A stretch of DNA of 64,000 nucleotides, taken from assembly GCA_045656285.1 (NCBI GenBank), contig JAZOQY010000037.1:19154-83153 (forward strand), read 5' to 3'. The notes beneath the pieces were generated by a model that worked only from the letters and a program-made list of their open reading frames with translations, was not told the origin of the DNA and made no database searches. This DNA comes from Kiritimatiellia bacterium. Lineage in GTDB: Bacteria > Verrucomicrobiota > Kiritimatiellia > RFP12 > UBA1067. Made by a program: the position numbers and the translations under genes. Every line of letters begins with the position of its first letter. The first letter of the stretch is position 1. Below are positions 1-9,266 of this stretch, in pieces.

Positions 1-1
1 G

Positions 2-202
2 ATCGAGGAATGGGTTTTGTGGATCATCATCAATGCCGTTGAGGTTTACATGTGGTACAAGGCATGGTCGTGCGGCAACGGATCGATCTCCATCCTCCTG
101 ATGTGGCTGCTCTTTCTCGCAAACGGGATATACCTTCTGTCTCTCTGGATCAGAATAGAAAGAAAGAGCAGGAAGCAGGAGCCGGAGAGCCTGGAGCCGT
201 AA
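2..202 (+). CDS. pnuC: PnuC-like nicotinamide riboside transporter, C-terminal fragment (5' end outside window)
   Basis: Frame 2 is open from the window edge to TAA at 200-202. The translation IEEWVLWIIINAVEVYMWYKAW...GIYLLSLWIRIERK looks like the last TM helices of PnuC/NMN-transporter proteins. Recognised by eye only. Confidence 0.5.
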   Translation: MEEWVLWIIINAVEVYMWYKAWSCGNGSISILLMWLLFLANGIYLLSLWIRIERKSRKQEPESLEP

Positions 203-217
203 ATCAAGCAACAGGGA

Positions 218-949
218 TCAGGCGTCGAATGCAGAGCGCAGAACGCTGAGCGCGAAAATCGCGGCGGTTTCAGCTCGCAAGATACGCGAACCGAACGAGA
301 CAGGCCGCGCGATCTCCAGGAGCGACGAAAGCTCTTCTGGGGTAAAATCGCCTTCGGGGCCGACATAAACGGCATAGTCGCCGCCTGCGCCCCCGGACCC
401 GGCGGAGAGCGCCTCTTTCAGCAACGGCTTCGGAGGAGGAGTCATCAGCGCGCCGACAAAACACCTTGTCTTCTTGACCAACTCAAGCGAATCTCCGAAA
501 TCCGCAATCTCGGCGATCTCCGGCAGAAACACGGCGTCGGATTGACGCCCGGCCTCTTCGACAATACGCATCCAGCGCTCGCGCTTGGCCGAACGCTCCG
601 CAGCGCCGACGCGCACGATCGTTCTCGCCGAAATGACGGGGACGATCCTGTCGACCCCCAACTCGGTCGCCTTCTCGAGCGTCCAATCCCACCGCGCACC
701 CTTCGTGACGCAGGCGAAGAGCGTAACCGTCGCGGAAGAAGCCTTGGCATGGCGCGTCAAATCACCGGCGGCCTCCAGCTCCCGCGACGAGGCGTTGTAG
801 CGATAGACACGGGTAAGGCCCCTGCCGTCGAAAAGCTCGACCTCCTCGCCGTTCTTCGGACGAAGGACCTTCAGGTGGTTCGCCGCCTCGCGCGAGAGGA
901 TCGGCGAATCGTTCTTAAGGGTTTCGGTATCGGCAAGAAGTCTGTGCAT
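218..949 (-). CDS. rsmE: 16S rRNA (uracil1498-N3)-methyltransferase RsmE
   Basis: The ORF is 218-961 with a TTG start; ATG 949 (MHRLL...) is more likely. GPEGDFTPEE and FGSRILRAETAA are the SPOUT/RsmE C-terminal signature. Confidence 0.85.
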   Translation of the reverse strand: MHRLLADTETLKNDSPILSREAANHLKVLRPKNGEEVELFDGRGLTRVYRYNASSRELEAAGDLTRHAKASSATVTLFACVTKGARWDWTLEKATELGVDRIVPVISARTIVRVGAAERSAKRERWMRIVEEAGRQSDAVFLPEIAEIADFGDSLELVKKTRCFVGALMTPPPKPLLKEALSAGSGGAGGDYAVYVGPEGDFTPEELSSLLEIARPVSFGSRILRAETAAIFALSVLRSAFDA

Positions 950-957
950 CGGAATCG

Positions 958-2127
958 TCAAAGCCCCTTTTTGGCGTACTTGAGCCCGATTTCAAGACCG
1001 CGCAATTCGGCGAGCCCGATAAGACGGCCGCCGTAACTGTAACCGCAATAGCACTTGCGGGACTTGTCGATCTCAAGAAAGCGCCCGTGATCGGGACGGA
1101 CTACGATCTTTTCGCCGCGACGCTTCTCCTCCTTGAGAAACGCCTCGAAAAGCGCGGGCATGTCAGTCTGCCCGACAAGGTGGCACTGCGATTCGTGAAA
1201 GACCTTGTCGTCGGTGTATTCGAGATTGCGGAAGTGGCAGAAGTAGACGCGCGAGCCGAACTTCTTCATGATCTCAACCGCGTCGTTCGCCTTGTCGCCG
1301 CCGAGCGAGCCGGTGCAGAGCGTAAGGCCAACATGCTTCGACGGGCATTTCCTGTACATCTCGGCGATATCCTTTGCATTCGAAAGGATTCGCGGCAGCC
1401 CGAAGATCGGATGGGGCGGATCGTCGGGATGGATGCACATATTCACGCCCGTCTCTTCGAGAACGGGAGAAATCTCGTTCAGGAACCAGTACATGTTCTC
1501 ACGAAGCTTCTTGTCGTCGATGCCGTCATAGGTCTTGAGCTGGGCGAGAAACTCCTCGGGCGTCAGATCGTCGACCGTGCCGGGCAGCCCGCACAGGACC
1601 GAATCCGCTACGCGCTTGCGGCCTTTGGCGTCGAGCTTCGTCCAGACCTTCTTGGCCTTAGCGCGCGTCCTGGAATCGTATTCCTTCTCGGCGCCGGGAC
1701 GCTTCAGGTAATACATGTCGAACGCGGCGAGTTCGTACTCGTTGTATTCGAGGCATGTCGAACCGTCGGGAAGCGCATACTCGAGATTGGAGCGCGTCCA
1801 GTCGAGAACCGGCATGAAGTTGTAGCAAACGGTCTTGATGCCGCATTTGGCCAGATTGCGAAGGGTCTGCTTGTAGTTGGCGACATACTTGAGATAATCG
1901 CCCGTATGCTTTTTGATGTCTTCGTGAATCGGCACGGACTCGACGACAGACCACACCATGCCCGCCTTCTTGACCTTGTCGGCACGCGCCTTTATCTCCT
2001 TCACCGGCCACACCTCGCCCGGCTTGCGCTCGTAAAGGGCCGCGACAACATCTGTCACTCCCGCCTGGCGAATCTCCTTAAGCGTAATCGAATCGCCGTC
2101 TCCGTACCATCTCCAGCCTTGTTTCAT
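958..2127 (-). CDS. uxuA: Mannonate dehydratase
   Basis: 389 aa. MKQGWRWYG..., VESVPIHEDIK and CYNFMPVLDWTRS follow the E. coli UxuA pattern closely. GGAG lies 9 nt upstream of the ATG. Confidence 0.9.
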   Translation of the reverse strand: MKQGWRWYGDGDSITLKEIRQAGVTDVVAALYERKPGEVWPVKEIKARADKVKKAGMVWSVVESVPIHEDIKKHTGDYLKYVANYKQTLRNLAKCGIKTVCYNFMPVLDWTRSNLEYALPDGSTCLEYNEYELAAFDMYYLKRPGAEKEYDSRTRAKAKKVWTKLDAKGRKRVADSVLCGLPGTVDDLTPEEFLAQLKTYDGIDDKKLRENMYWFLNEISPVLEETGVNMCIHPDDPPHPIFGLPRILSNAKDIAEMYRKCPSKHVGLTLCTGSLGGDKANDAVEIMKKFGSRVYFCHFRNLEYTDDKVFHESQCHLVGQTDMPALFEAFLKEEKRRGEKIVVRPDHGRFLEIDKSRKCYCGYSYGGRLIGLAELRGLEIGLKYAKKGL

Positions 2128-2170
2128 TTTATCGCTCCGTTGTCGTTGTTCCTATCGATGCATTTGCTGA

Positions 2171-2179
2171 ATTATATCA
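2171..2179 (-). promoter_or_regulatory. Extended -10 promoter TGATATAAT (uxuA-rsmE)
   Basis: The motif was read on the minus strand. The leader to ATG 2127 would be about 37 nt. Confidence 0.55.
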
Positions 2180-2197
2180 AAAAAACAACATCCGCCC

Positions 2198-2362
2198 TCA
2201 ATCTTTTTTACCGGCGCCTTTAGTGGACGCCTGCTGCAGAACGCGGCTCGAGCGATCCATCGCCCTGCGATACATCCTCTCAAGCGAATCCAGACACTTC
2301 TCGCCGCCGCGCCAGAACGGAATCGGACCGAGCTTCTTGAGCACCGGGGTTTCAATCTTCAT
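2198..2362 (-). CDS. Hypothetical 54-aa protein (small ORF below the ORF-track cut-off)
   Basis: ATG 2362 overlaps the end of the SWIM gene by 11 nt; the stop is TGA at 2198-2200. Translation: MKIETPVLKKLGPIPFWRGGEKCLDSLERMYRRAMDRSSRVLQQASTKGAGKKD. Third positions are G/C-rich like the neighbouring genes. No domain recognised. Confidence 0.25.
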   Translation of the reverse strand: MKIETPVLKKLGPIPFWRGGEKCLDSLERMYRRAMDRSSRVLQQASTKGAGKKD

Positions 2363-2939
2363 CGTAGAGCTCCTCTTCCGTTATTCCGCGCAGCTCCAGA
2401 AGCGTCAATGGCCTGCGCGCCACCTCCTCGCCCAAAATGAGCATCACCGCGCACGAATGTTTGCACGGGTTCGCCCAGTCCGGGCACGAACATCCTATCG
2501 TCACATCGTACTTGCCGGGCCCCAGTTTCCCGCCCGGGAAAAGCGATGCGCCCCTCCGCCTGAAGATCTCCTCAACCTCCATCGGAAGCTCGTCGGCCAA
2601 AAGTCTCGCGACAAGCATCGGCTCGGCGCGCAGATCCGCGACGATCGCCTCTCTCACTGATTCTTCCGGCACCGTAAAATCCATCTCGACACGATATGGA
2701 TCCGGACGAGTCCCGACGACATCCGCAACGATTTTAGGGCCCATCATCTTCATGGATGTTATCTGCCCCGAAACAGCGTAATTGCGCCCTCTTGCGAGAC
2801 GCCCTCCAAACCCCATGGGCTCCACTTTTTCAAGCCACCGCCGCGCCCACCAGCTGCGCGACACGCCACCGCGCAACTCCTGCGCGCGGATGCCTGCGGC
2901 AAAGCGGGGGATTCTCAGCGGATATCTTTTCTTGGACAT
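2352..2939 (-). CDS. SWIM zinc-finger protein
   Basis: 195 aa from ATG 2939, with a TGATG junction to the SNF2 stop. CSCPDWANPCKHSCAV matches the CxCxnCxH SWIM motif. Confidence 0.8.
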   Translation of the reverse strand: MSKKRYPLRIPRFAAGIRAQELRGGVSRSWWARRWLEKVEPMGFGGRLARGRNYAVSGQITSMKMMGPKIVADVVGTRPDPYRVEMDFTVPEESVREAIVADLRAEPMLVARLLADELPMEVEEIFRRRGASLFPGGKLGPGKYDVTIGCSCPDWANPCKHSCAVMLILGEEVARRPLTLLELRGITEEELYDED

Positions 2940-5326
2940 CAACGGACCTCTCTTTCCGAAGAATCAAGAGACACCATCTCGTCGAACTCCTCGTCGGTGA
3001 GAGACTTGAGAAAGCTCTCTCCGACGCTTACGAGCGTTCCCGCGACGCGGGACTTGCGCTCCAACATGGCGTCTATGCGCTCTTCAAGAGTCCCTTCCGT
3101 GACGAACGAATGGACGAAAACGGTCTTCGTCTGCCCGATGCGGTGGGCGCGATCCGTCGCCTGGGCCTCAACCGCAGGATTCCACCACCTGTCGAAATGT
3201 ATCACATGCGTCGCCTTCACAAGATTGAGCCCGAACGCGCCGGCCCTGAGCGAAAGGACAAAAGCCGAAGGCCCTTTCGTCGAATTGAAGGCCTCTATTT
3301 CCTTTTGCCGCGCGCTTGCGCTCAACGATCCGTGAAGATACGGGAAATGGCGAGCGAACTTTCCGGAAAGCCTTTTTCGGATCTCTTCGCCCACTTTCGC
3401 ATATTGAGTAAAGACAAGCGCGGACTCTCCGGCGGCAAAGACCGACTCGAGCAGGTCCAAAAGACGCTCGAACTTCCCGGGGCCGTCGCAGATGAGCTTG
3501 AGTTTCGTGATAAGCGCGAACATGTCGCCGTGACGGCGTTCGCCCGCACGGTAATCCTCAAGCGCAAGTTCGTATGCGGCGCGCGATTGGGGCGACAGGA
3601 CGCAATACTCCTTTATCTCATGCTTCTCCCTCAATTCGCCGGCGATGCTCTTGTCGTCCTTCGTCCTTCGCAGGACAAAAGGCTCCAGAGCCCTCGTCAG
3701 CCGCTTGCCGGCGACGCTCTTCTCGTCCAGGCTGATGGGTTTCACAAACCTGTCGGCGAAGCTTTTCCTGTCCCCGAGAAAGCCCGGATTCAAAAAATTC
3801 TCCAGGCTCCAGACATCGGCCACCGAATTTTCGACAGGCGTTCCCGTAAGAGCCAGACGATGCGGAACGCCCAGCGCGGCAACGGCGCGGGCGGCTTGCG
3901 TATCGGGATTCTTTATGGCCTGAGCCTCGTCAAGAACGAGAGCCGACCATTCCACTCGTCTTATCGCCTGATGATCCTTGACCAGAAGATTGTAGCTCGT
4001 GACCACGACATCGGCGCGATCCGATTCCCGCTTGAAACCGTACTCGAACTGCCTGGACGAACCTTGATGGACGTAAACCTTCATGTCAGGCGCGAACCTG
4101 GCGAATTCATGCCTCCAATTCGGAAGAAGCGTCAACGGCGCGATCACAAGCGCAGGACCTTTGCGGCTCCGGCGGGTCGAAAGCAGCCACGCGATCGTCT
4201 GAACCGTCTTACCGAGCCCCATGTCATCGGCCAAAAGAGCGCCGAATCCATTTTCGGTGAGAAACCTGATCCATGAAATTCCGCGGAGCTGGTACTTGCG
4301 CAGATCTCCGTGAAAGCCTTCGATCGCATCGGGGATTTCAAGAACTCCCTCGCCGGACGCCTTCAGACGGGACACGAGCGATCTCAACCATCCGCCGGAC
4401 GCGGCCTGATCGACATGCATGCGCCCGGCAAAACCTATCCCGCTCGCAAAGGCAAGAGCCTCGTTCTGCGAGAGCGTTTTGCCGTTCTGTTTCTCAAGGG
4501 CCCTCAAGGCCTCCTTAAGGACATTACGATCGACCTCGATCCAGCGATCCCTGAAAAAAACGACCGTTGACTTCTGCTCCAGCAGAAAACGGATCTCCTC
4601 GGCGTCGACCTCTTCGCCGTCCACCCTGATCTTCAGGCGCGAGACGTATTCGGAATGCCGCGAATCGGCAGAGCCCAGGTCTTCGATCTCGGCCTCGGCG
4701 GTTGTCTGGACTGCGATATCGCACCCCTCGACGCCATATCCCGCCAGAGCCAGATCGCGAGCTCCGCGCCTGAGGAAACTTTCTGCCTCGGCACGCGAAA
4801 GCTCGACTTCAAGCGGCACTCCTTCGCGGCTCTCCCGCCCCGCCGCCCTTAAGTTTTTGATCGGCGGAAAGAGATACGACGCCTGCCCCAGCTGACGCAG
4901 CGACCGCGCCGACCTCTTTACGCGGCACGAGACGAAAAACGATTCGGATGTCGTGTTCAGCGAAAAAACAAGCGAAGCGCGGGCGAGAGAGTCCTCCTCG
5001 GCGTTGCCGCTCCAGCGCTCCAGCTCGGAGGCGAAGCGGGCGCACTCGGAGTCGTCCCATACAACGAGCCCCGTCCGGCTTTTCAACGCCTCGAGCCACG
5101 CGTCGTGAAGCGTTTCGTGACGCTGATTCTCGGCGTCGGCCGACAGCGGAGTCAGAGTGGCGGCGCGGACAGTTTCGTCGATCCAGGGATTGTCGTCATC
5201 GAGCCCCTTCCAACGCGCATGCCAACCGTCGTCCTCCTTGAGGAAGCAGGGATAGAACCGCCCGTTCGAAACGGCCTTGAGCGCTTCAAGCTGTCTGGGG
5301 CTCGGACGTTTCATTTCCTGAAGCAT
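2939..5326 (-). CDS. SNF2-family (RapA/YwqA-like) DNA-dependent ATPase/helicase
   Basis: The ORF spans 2939-5428. I placed the start at ATG 5326 (alternative 5314) because upstream codons overlap the preceding gene. Motif I is LADDMGLGKT, motif II is DEAQAIKN, and HRIGQTK marks the C-terminal lobe. VVFFRDRWIEVD resembles the SNF2-associated N-domain. Confidence 0.9.
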   Translation of the reverse strand: MLQEMKRPSPRQLEALKAVSNGRFYPCFLKEDDGWHARWKGLDDDNPWIDETVRAATLTPLSADAENQRHETLHDAWLEALKSRTGLVVWDDSECARFASELERWSGNAEEDSLARASLVFSLNTTSESFFVSCRVKRSARSLRQLGQASYLFPPIKNLRAAGRESREGVPLEVELSRAEAESFLRRGARDLALAGYGVEGCDIAVQTTAEAEIEDLGSADSRHSEYVSRLKIRVDGEEVDAEEIRFLLEQKSTVVFFRDRWIEVDRNVLKEALRALEKQNGKTLSQNEALAFASGIGFAGRMHVDQAASGGWLRSLVSRLKASGEGVLEIPDAIEGFHGDLRKYQLRGISWIRFLTENGFGALLADDMGLGKTVQTIAWLLSTRRSRKGPALVIAPLTLLPNWRHEFARFAPDMKVYVHQGSSRQFEYGFKRESDRADVVVTSYNLLVKDHQAIRRVEWSALVLDEAQAIKNPDTQAARAVAALGVPHRLALTGTPVENSVADVWSLENFLNPGFLGDRKSFADRFVKPISLDEKSVAGKRLTRALEPFVLRRTKDDKSIAGELREKHEIKEYCVLSPQSRAAYELALEDYRAGERRHGDMFALITKLKLICDGPGKFERLLDLLESVFAAGESALVFTQYAKVGEEIRKRLSGKFARHFPYLHGSLSASARQKEIEAFNSTKGPSAFVLSLRAGAFGLNLVKATHVIHFDRWWNPAVEAQATDRAHRIGQTKTVFVHSFVTEGTLEERIDAMLERKSRVAGTLVSVGESFLKSLTDEEFDEMVSLDSSEREVR

Positions 5327-5873
5327 CGGAAGAGGCTTCGTCGTCGGTCTCAGAGGCCACTTCACCCAGAGTCTTCGTGCCCGAAAGCAGAGCGACAACC
5401 TGCTGCTGGACTTCACTGAGGTTTTCAAGTCTCAGGCGCGGATCGAGAATGACAAAAGTATCTCCGTTCTTCCTGTCTTCGTAGACACGGCGTATGACAC
5501 CGCCGTCAAGATGTTTGGCGTCGCGCTCGACAAGAATCTTGGACCGTTCAAGCATTACGGCCAGAACGTAGACGACATTCTTCATTGCCGGGTCGTCAAG
5601 CGTTATGAGCTTTCTCAGAAGCTCGCCCGCATCCTCCTTCTTGAGAGGCTCCTTCTTTACTTCCTTCACCGGAGCGAAATAGACGCCGTCCCACTGAGAA
5701 AAAGGCTCCCAGTCGCGCGACGCCGTCTTCCAACATTCCGGATGGCAGTCGAACCGTTCATACCCTTCGCCGGTATCTCTCAGAGCGCTTACTACGGGAG
5801 CGCGGTCAACGAGCGGCTTCTCACATACGGAGCAGACGTGACCGCGGGATTTGATGTTCCATTCTTGAGACAT
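5286..5873 (-). CDS. Hypothetical protein with N-terminal zinc-ribbon-like motif
   Basis: 195 aa. CSVC...CHPEC is a putative metal-binding pair, and the tail is acidic and Ser/Asp/Glu-rich. The 3' end overlaps the SNF2 start by about 29-41 nt. No family recognised. Confidence 0.6.
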   Translation of the reverse strand: MSQEWNIKSRGHVCSVCEKPLVDRAPVVSALRDTGEGYERFDCHPECWKTASRDWEPFSQWDGVYFAPVKEVKKEPLKKEDAGELLRKLITLDDPAMKNVVYVLAVMLERSKILVERDAKHLDGGVIRRVYEDRKNGDTFVILDPRLRLENLSEVQQQVVALLSGTKTLGEVASETDDEASSDASGNETSEPQTA

Positions 5874-5883
5874 GATGCTCCCT

Positions 5884-6726
5884 TCAACGCTCTACCGGCA
5901 TGTTCCATTCTTCCAATTTGGACGCCATCCAGTCAAAAGTCCGCTCGTGCATATCCTTGGCCTTGCCGTGGGGAATCACCGGGCCGCAGGCGCAGCGAAG
6001 ATCGTACGAAGTGTCCACCGGACCGAAATCCTTGAAGACTTTCTTGAACATCCCCTTCTCGCGCGTAAGCTGACAGCGGGTGTCAACCACGACGGGAACG
6101 ATGGGACATCCGGCCTTCTCCGCGAGCTTGGCGCCGATCGACGAGAACTTCTTCTTGCTGAATACGTTCTGACGGGTCCCCTGGGGAAAAATCAGGAAGC
6201 TGTTGCCTGCCTTGATCCGCTCGACACCGACGCGAAGCATGTTGACGAGATCTTCGCGAGGCGATTTGCGCCCGATGGGAACCATGCCCATGTGAGCGGC
6301 AGCCTTGGTCAAGAACGGCAATCTGGAAAGGGAAGCCTTGGCCACGATGTTGAAAGGACCGTAAGTCAGCAGGACAGGCGGCATCAAGATCGTCTCGACC
6401 GTCGACATGTGGTTGCAAAGATAGACAACGGGGCCATCATACTCTTGACGCTGCTTCCAGCCCTCGAACTTGACCTTCATGCCAAGACGTTCAGCGCCTG
6501 TCACGACAGAAAAGCAAAAGTGGGCCCATTTGTCCACAGTCAATCTGCCGAAAGGCTCATAGAGCGCGCAAAGGGGAAAGACCTTGCACATTCTCATCGT
6601 GAATCCAAGCGTAACCAGCGCACCCGGCTTTGCTCGCTTGGACGGGCGGTGGTCGTCAGAAGTCTCATATCCGCCCGTTGCCAGAAGTTCTTCCCTGAAC
6701 TCTTCAAGTGTGGTCACCTTACTCAC
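5884..6726 (-). CDS. Lysophospholipid (1-acyl-sn-glycerol-3-phosphate-type) acyltransferase
   Basis: 280 aa. The GTG start overlaps the upstream gene by 8 nt. NHMSTVE (HX4D/E-type) and FPQGTR are the acyltransferase blocks. Confidence 0.75.
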   Translation of the reverse strand: MSKVTTLEEFREELLATGGYETSDDHRPSKRAKPGALVTLGFTMRMCKVFPLCALYEPFGRLTVDKWAHFCFSVVTGAERLGMKVKFEGWKQRQEYDGPVVYLCNHMSTVETILMPPVLLTYGPFNIVAKASLSRLPFLTKAAAHMGMVPIGRKSPREDLVNMLRVGVERIKAGNSFLIFPQGTRQNVFSKKKFSSIGAKLAEKAGCPIVPVVVDTRCQLTREKGMFKKVFKDFGPVDTSYDLRCACGPVIPHGKAKDMHERTFDWMASKLEEWNMPVER

Positions 6727-7609
6727 GGAACTGCATCTCCCTTGTGTTGGCGTTTGATTCGGGAACGACGTTCTTTTCTTCCCTGATGCTCATAAGTTCG
6801 TCTCTAATCATCTGGAAGCGCTTCTCAGCCTCTGCCTTGTCGCGCTGACGCAACTCCTCCGCCGCCTTGTCGCGCTGGGACTCGCGTTCCTGCGCGGCAC
6901 GACGCTCCGCTTCGTAGGCCTGACGCCTCCTGGCGCGCCGGCTCATCATGTTCTGGTCGCCATTAGACGCCCCGCCCTGCTGGACGCTGCCGTTTGGCGC
7001 GTAATTCGCCCGCGAAAAAAGCAGCGAGCTGCGATGCGAAGGCGGCTGCCCGTTGGACGCCAATGCGCCGCCGGCTCCCTGATTATTGTTAGGCTGCTGC
7101 GGAGCAGAGGCATTCTTCTGCCCGAGGACGCACTCGACCTCTATGCCGTCCTTTTTGAGGACGACCTTTTTGTCGCCATCATCGGCACTCACGACAAGCC
7201 ACCCGTCCTTGGATTCGCCGACGGCAAGATAATACGGAATTTTCTTGCCGTTGCTGGAATCTGAAAATCCGATCTTGAGCACGCCTTCCGGAGTCGTGTG
7301 AAACGCAGAGACCTCGACGGTCTTGACGAGCCGTTCCTGCTCTTTGGTCATCTCCCGTTCGATCTTCTCGGCCTCTTTTGCAGACACGGCGTTTTTTTCG
7401 GCCGCAAGCGAAGCTTCGCTCGGAGGGGGACCGAAAAGATTGCTGTCTATGATCGCCTGATATTTTTCGGGCAACGCGCTCGCCTCTTTTTCAGGCTCAG
7501 GAGCCGCCGCTTGTCCTGGAAGCGAATTTTCGTCTGCATGCGACGAGAACGGCACCGCCGCCGCACACGCAAGAAGGCATATCGAAAAACAATTTGAAAA
7601 ACGCTTCAT
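6719..7609 (-). CDS. Secreted protein with PilP/GspC-HR-like domain and coiled-coil tail
   Basis: The ORF extends to 7681. Starting at ATG 7609 gives the Sec signal MKRFSNCFSICLLACAAAVPFSSHA. An IIDSNLFG motif is followed by a small beta domain (YYLAVGESKDGWLVVS...VVLKKDG). A Q/N/G-rich linker and a charged RRAQERESQRDKAAEELRQRDKAEAEK tail follow. The functional call is weak. Confidence 0.55.
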   Translation of the reverse strand: MKRFSNCFSICLLACAAAVPFSSHADENSLPGQAAAPEPEKEASALPEKYQAIIDSNLFGPPPSEASLAAEKNAVSAKEAEKIEREMTKEQERLVKTVEVSAFHTTPEGVLKIGFSDSSNGKKIPYYLAVGESKDGWLVVSADDGDKKVVLKKDGIEVECVLGQKNASAPQQPNNNQGAGGALASNGQPPSHRSSLLFSRANYAPNGSVQQGGASNGDQNMMSRRARRRQAYEAERRAAQERESQRDKAAEELRQRDKAEAEKRFQMIRDELMSIREEKNVVPESNANTREMQFRE

Positions 7610-7618
7610 AATGCTTGT

Positions 7619-7627
7619 ATTATACCA
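7619..7627 (-). promoter_or_regulatory. Extended -10 promoter TGGTATAAT, leaderless geometry
   Basis: Only 9 nt separate the hexamer from ATG 7609. Confidence 0.55.
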
Positions 7628-7677
7628 AAAAACATGATGGTCGTGAGCATGCAAAGGCATCGGACCGCTCTCGCGGA

Positions 7678-9147
7678 TCACAATTCGACTTTCTTGTATT
7701 TAGGCACGAGCGACTTCATGCAGAGCCAGCCGAGAATATACGCTATCGCGCAATATCCGAAGACGATGCAGTATCCCGCAGGCTTGCCGGAATACCCCAT
7801 GAACTCCATCGCGGGACGCGCATACTCGGCGCCGGCGGCGAGGAGATCCTTGGTCATTTCGACTTCCTTGCCGTCGACCACAGTAGTGCCGGCGGCGTAT
7901 GTGAAGAGCTTGCCCGCACCCTTGTTGACGATAAAGCTGCCGCATCCTGCCGCGAACTGGGCGATGCCGGTGAGCGTTCCGATGGTGGACTTCGGGAACA
8001 TGTCGCCGACCACAGAGTAGATGTTCGCGCTCCATGCCTGATGGCCCGCGCACGCAATGCCGATGAGCACGGCCGGGAACCACGCGGAATATGCACCGAG
8101 CGGCTGGGCGCCGAGAGCCAAAAGCGGCAGACACGCAAAAAGGAACATCGCGACCATGCGGCCTTCATAGGGGTTCATCCCGCGTCTGTCGACCATATAG
8201 GTAGGCAGTTTGCAGAGGAAAATCGAGAGCACCGTGACAATGGCGTACAAGGTAAAGATAAGCGCCATTCCCATACCCGACGAACTTGTGTAATTGAACT
8301 GGTCGGAAAGATAGCCCGGCGTCCAGAAGAGGAAGAACCACCATACGCCGTCAGTGAGGAAGCGACCGAGGACGAGCGACCATGTCTGACGCAGAGAGAA
8401 GGCCTTCAAGTAGCCGATATTCGGCCCTGCCGCGGCTTCCTCGACCGCAGGCTTTCCAGGCTCGGCTTCATCGCTGTTGATATAGGCAAGCTCGGCCTCG
8501 TTGACCAGCTTGTTGGATTCGGGCTTTTTGTAGAGCCACATCCAGAATCCCATCCAGAGAAAACCGAGCGCGCCGATGATGATGAACGCCATCTCCCAGC
8601 CCCAGAACTTCGCGATGAGCGGAATCGAAAGAGGTGCGGCGAGAGCGCCGACGGAAGAGCCCGCGTTGAAGATCGAAGTCGCGAAAGCGCGGTCCTTCTT
8701 CGGGAAGTACTCGGCAGTCACTTTGATCGCCGCGGGGAAGTTGCCCGCCTCGCCGACCGCGAGAACGCTGCGGCAGGCGAGAAAGAGCCAAACGGATGTC
8801 GTCATGCCCATCATACCGACAAAGCCGATCGCATTCAACGCCGATGAGCCGACGCCGCACGCGGCGTGCAGGCACGCGCCCAAAGACCAGATGAAGATCG
8901 CCCAGAGGTAGCCCTTTCTCGTTCCGAGCCAGTCGATGAACTTGCCCGCAAAGAGGTTTCCAAGCGCGTAGACGATCGAAAAAATGCCCGTTATCGTTCC
9001 GTAGTCGTCATCGGACCAGCCGAACACCGGCGCAATAAAATCCTTGTACGTAAGCGACAGCACCTGGCGGTCGAGGTAATTGACCGTCGTAGCAAAAAAG
9101 AGAAGCGAACATATCACCCAGCGGAAGTTGGACATCTTGGTTTTCAT
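7678..9147 (-). CDS. MFS transporter, anion:cation symporter (ExuT/GudP-like) family
   Basis: The start is ATG 9147, with AAGGA 9 nt upstream. FFATTVNYLDRQVLS is the N-terminal signature, and there are many hydrophobic segments. Confidence 0.85.
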   Translation of the reverse strand: MKTKMSNFRWVICSLLFFATTVNYLDRQVLSLTYKDFIAPVFGWSDDDYGTITGIFSIVYALGNLFAGKFIDWLGTRKGYLWAIFIWSLGACLHAACGVGSSALNAIGFVGMMGMTTSVWLFLACRSVLAVGEAGNFPAAIKVTAEYFPKKDRAFATSIFNAGSSVGALAAPLSIPLIAKFWGWEMAFIIIGALGFLWMGFWMWLYKKPESNKLVNEAELAYINSDEAEPGKPAVEEAAAGPNIGYLKAFSLRQTWSLVLGRFLTDGVWWFFLFWTPGYLSDQFNYTSSSGMGMALIFTLYAIVTVLSIFLCKLPTYMVDRRGMNPYEGRMVAMFLFACLPLLALGAQPLGAYSAWFPAVLIGIACAGHQAWSANIYSVVGDMFPKSTIGTLTGIAQFAAGCGSFIVNKGAGKLFTYAAGTTVVDGKEVEMTKDLLAAGAEYARPAMEFMGYSGKPAGYCIVFGYCAIAYILGWLCMKSLVPKYKKVEL

Positions 9148-9190
9148 GCAATAATCCTTTTGTGTTTTCTTTTCCTGCCAATTACATCTC

Positions 9191-9219
9191 AAAAAACGCC
9201 GGACGGAAAATCCGCCCCC
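9191..9219 (-). terminator. Possible intrinsic terminator after map
   Basis: On the minus strand, GGGCGG-ATTTT-CCGTCC forms a 6-bp stem with one G-U pair. GGCG and then TTTTTT follow. Confidence 0.35.
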
Positions 9220-9266
9220 AAGCAATCAGTCGCCATTCGACCAGAGCGCCTTCGGGCTTAAGGACT

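Noticed and set aside
2939-5326. The SNF2 ATPase as part of a known defence system (DISARM DrmD, Zorya ZorD, BREX-associated)
   Set aside because: None of the obligatory partners is present within 10 kb: no DUF1998 helicase pair, PLD nuclease, methyltransferase or MotAB-like ZorAB. The SWIM partner points to the YwqA/YwqB-type pair instead.
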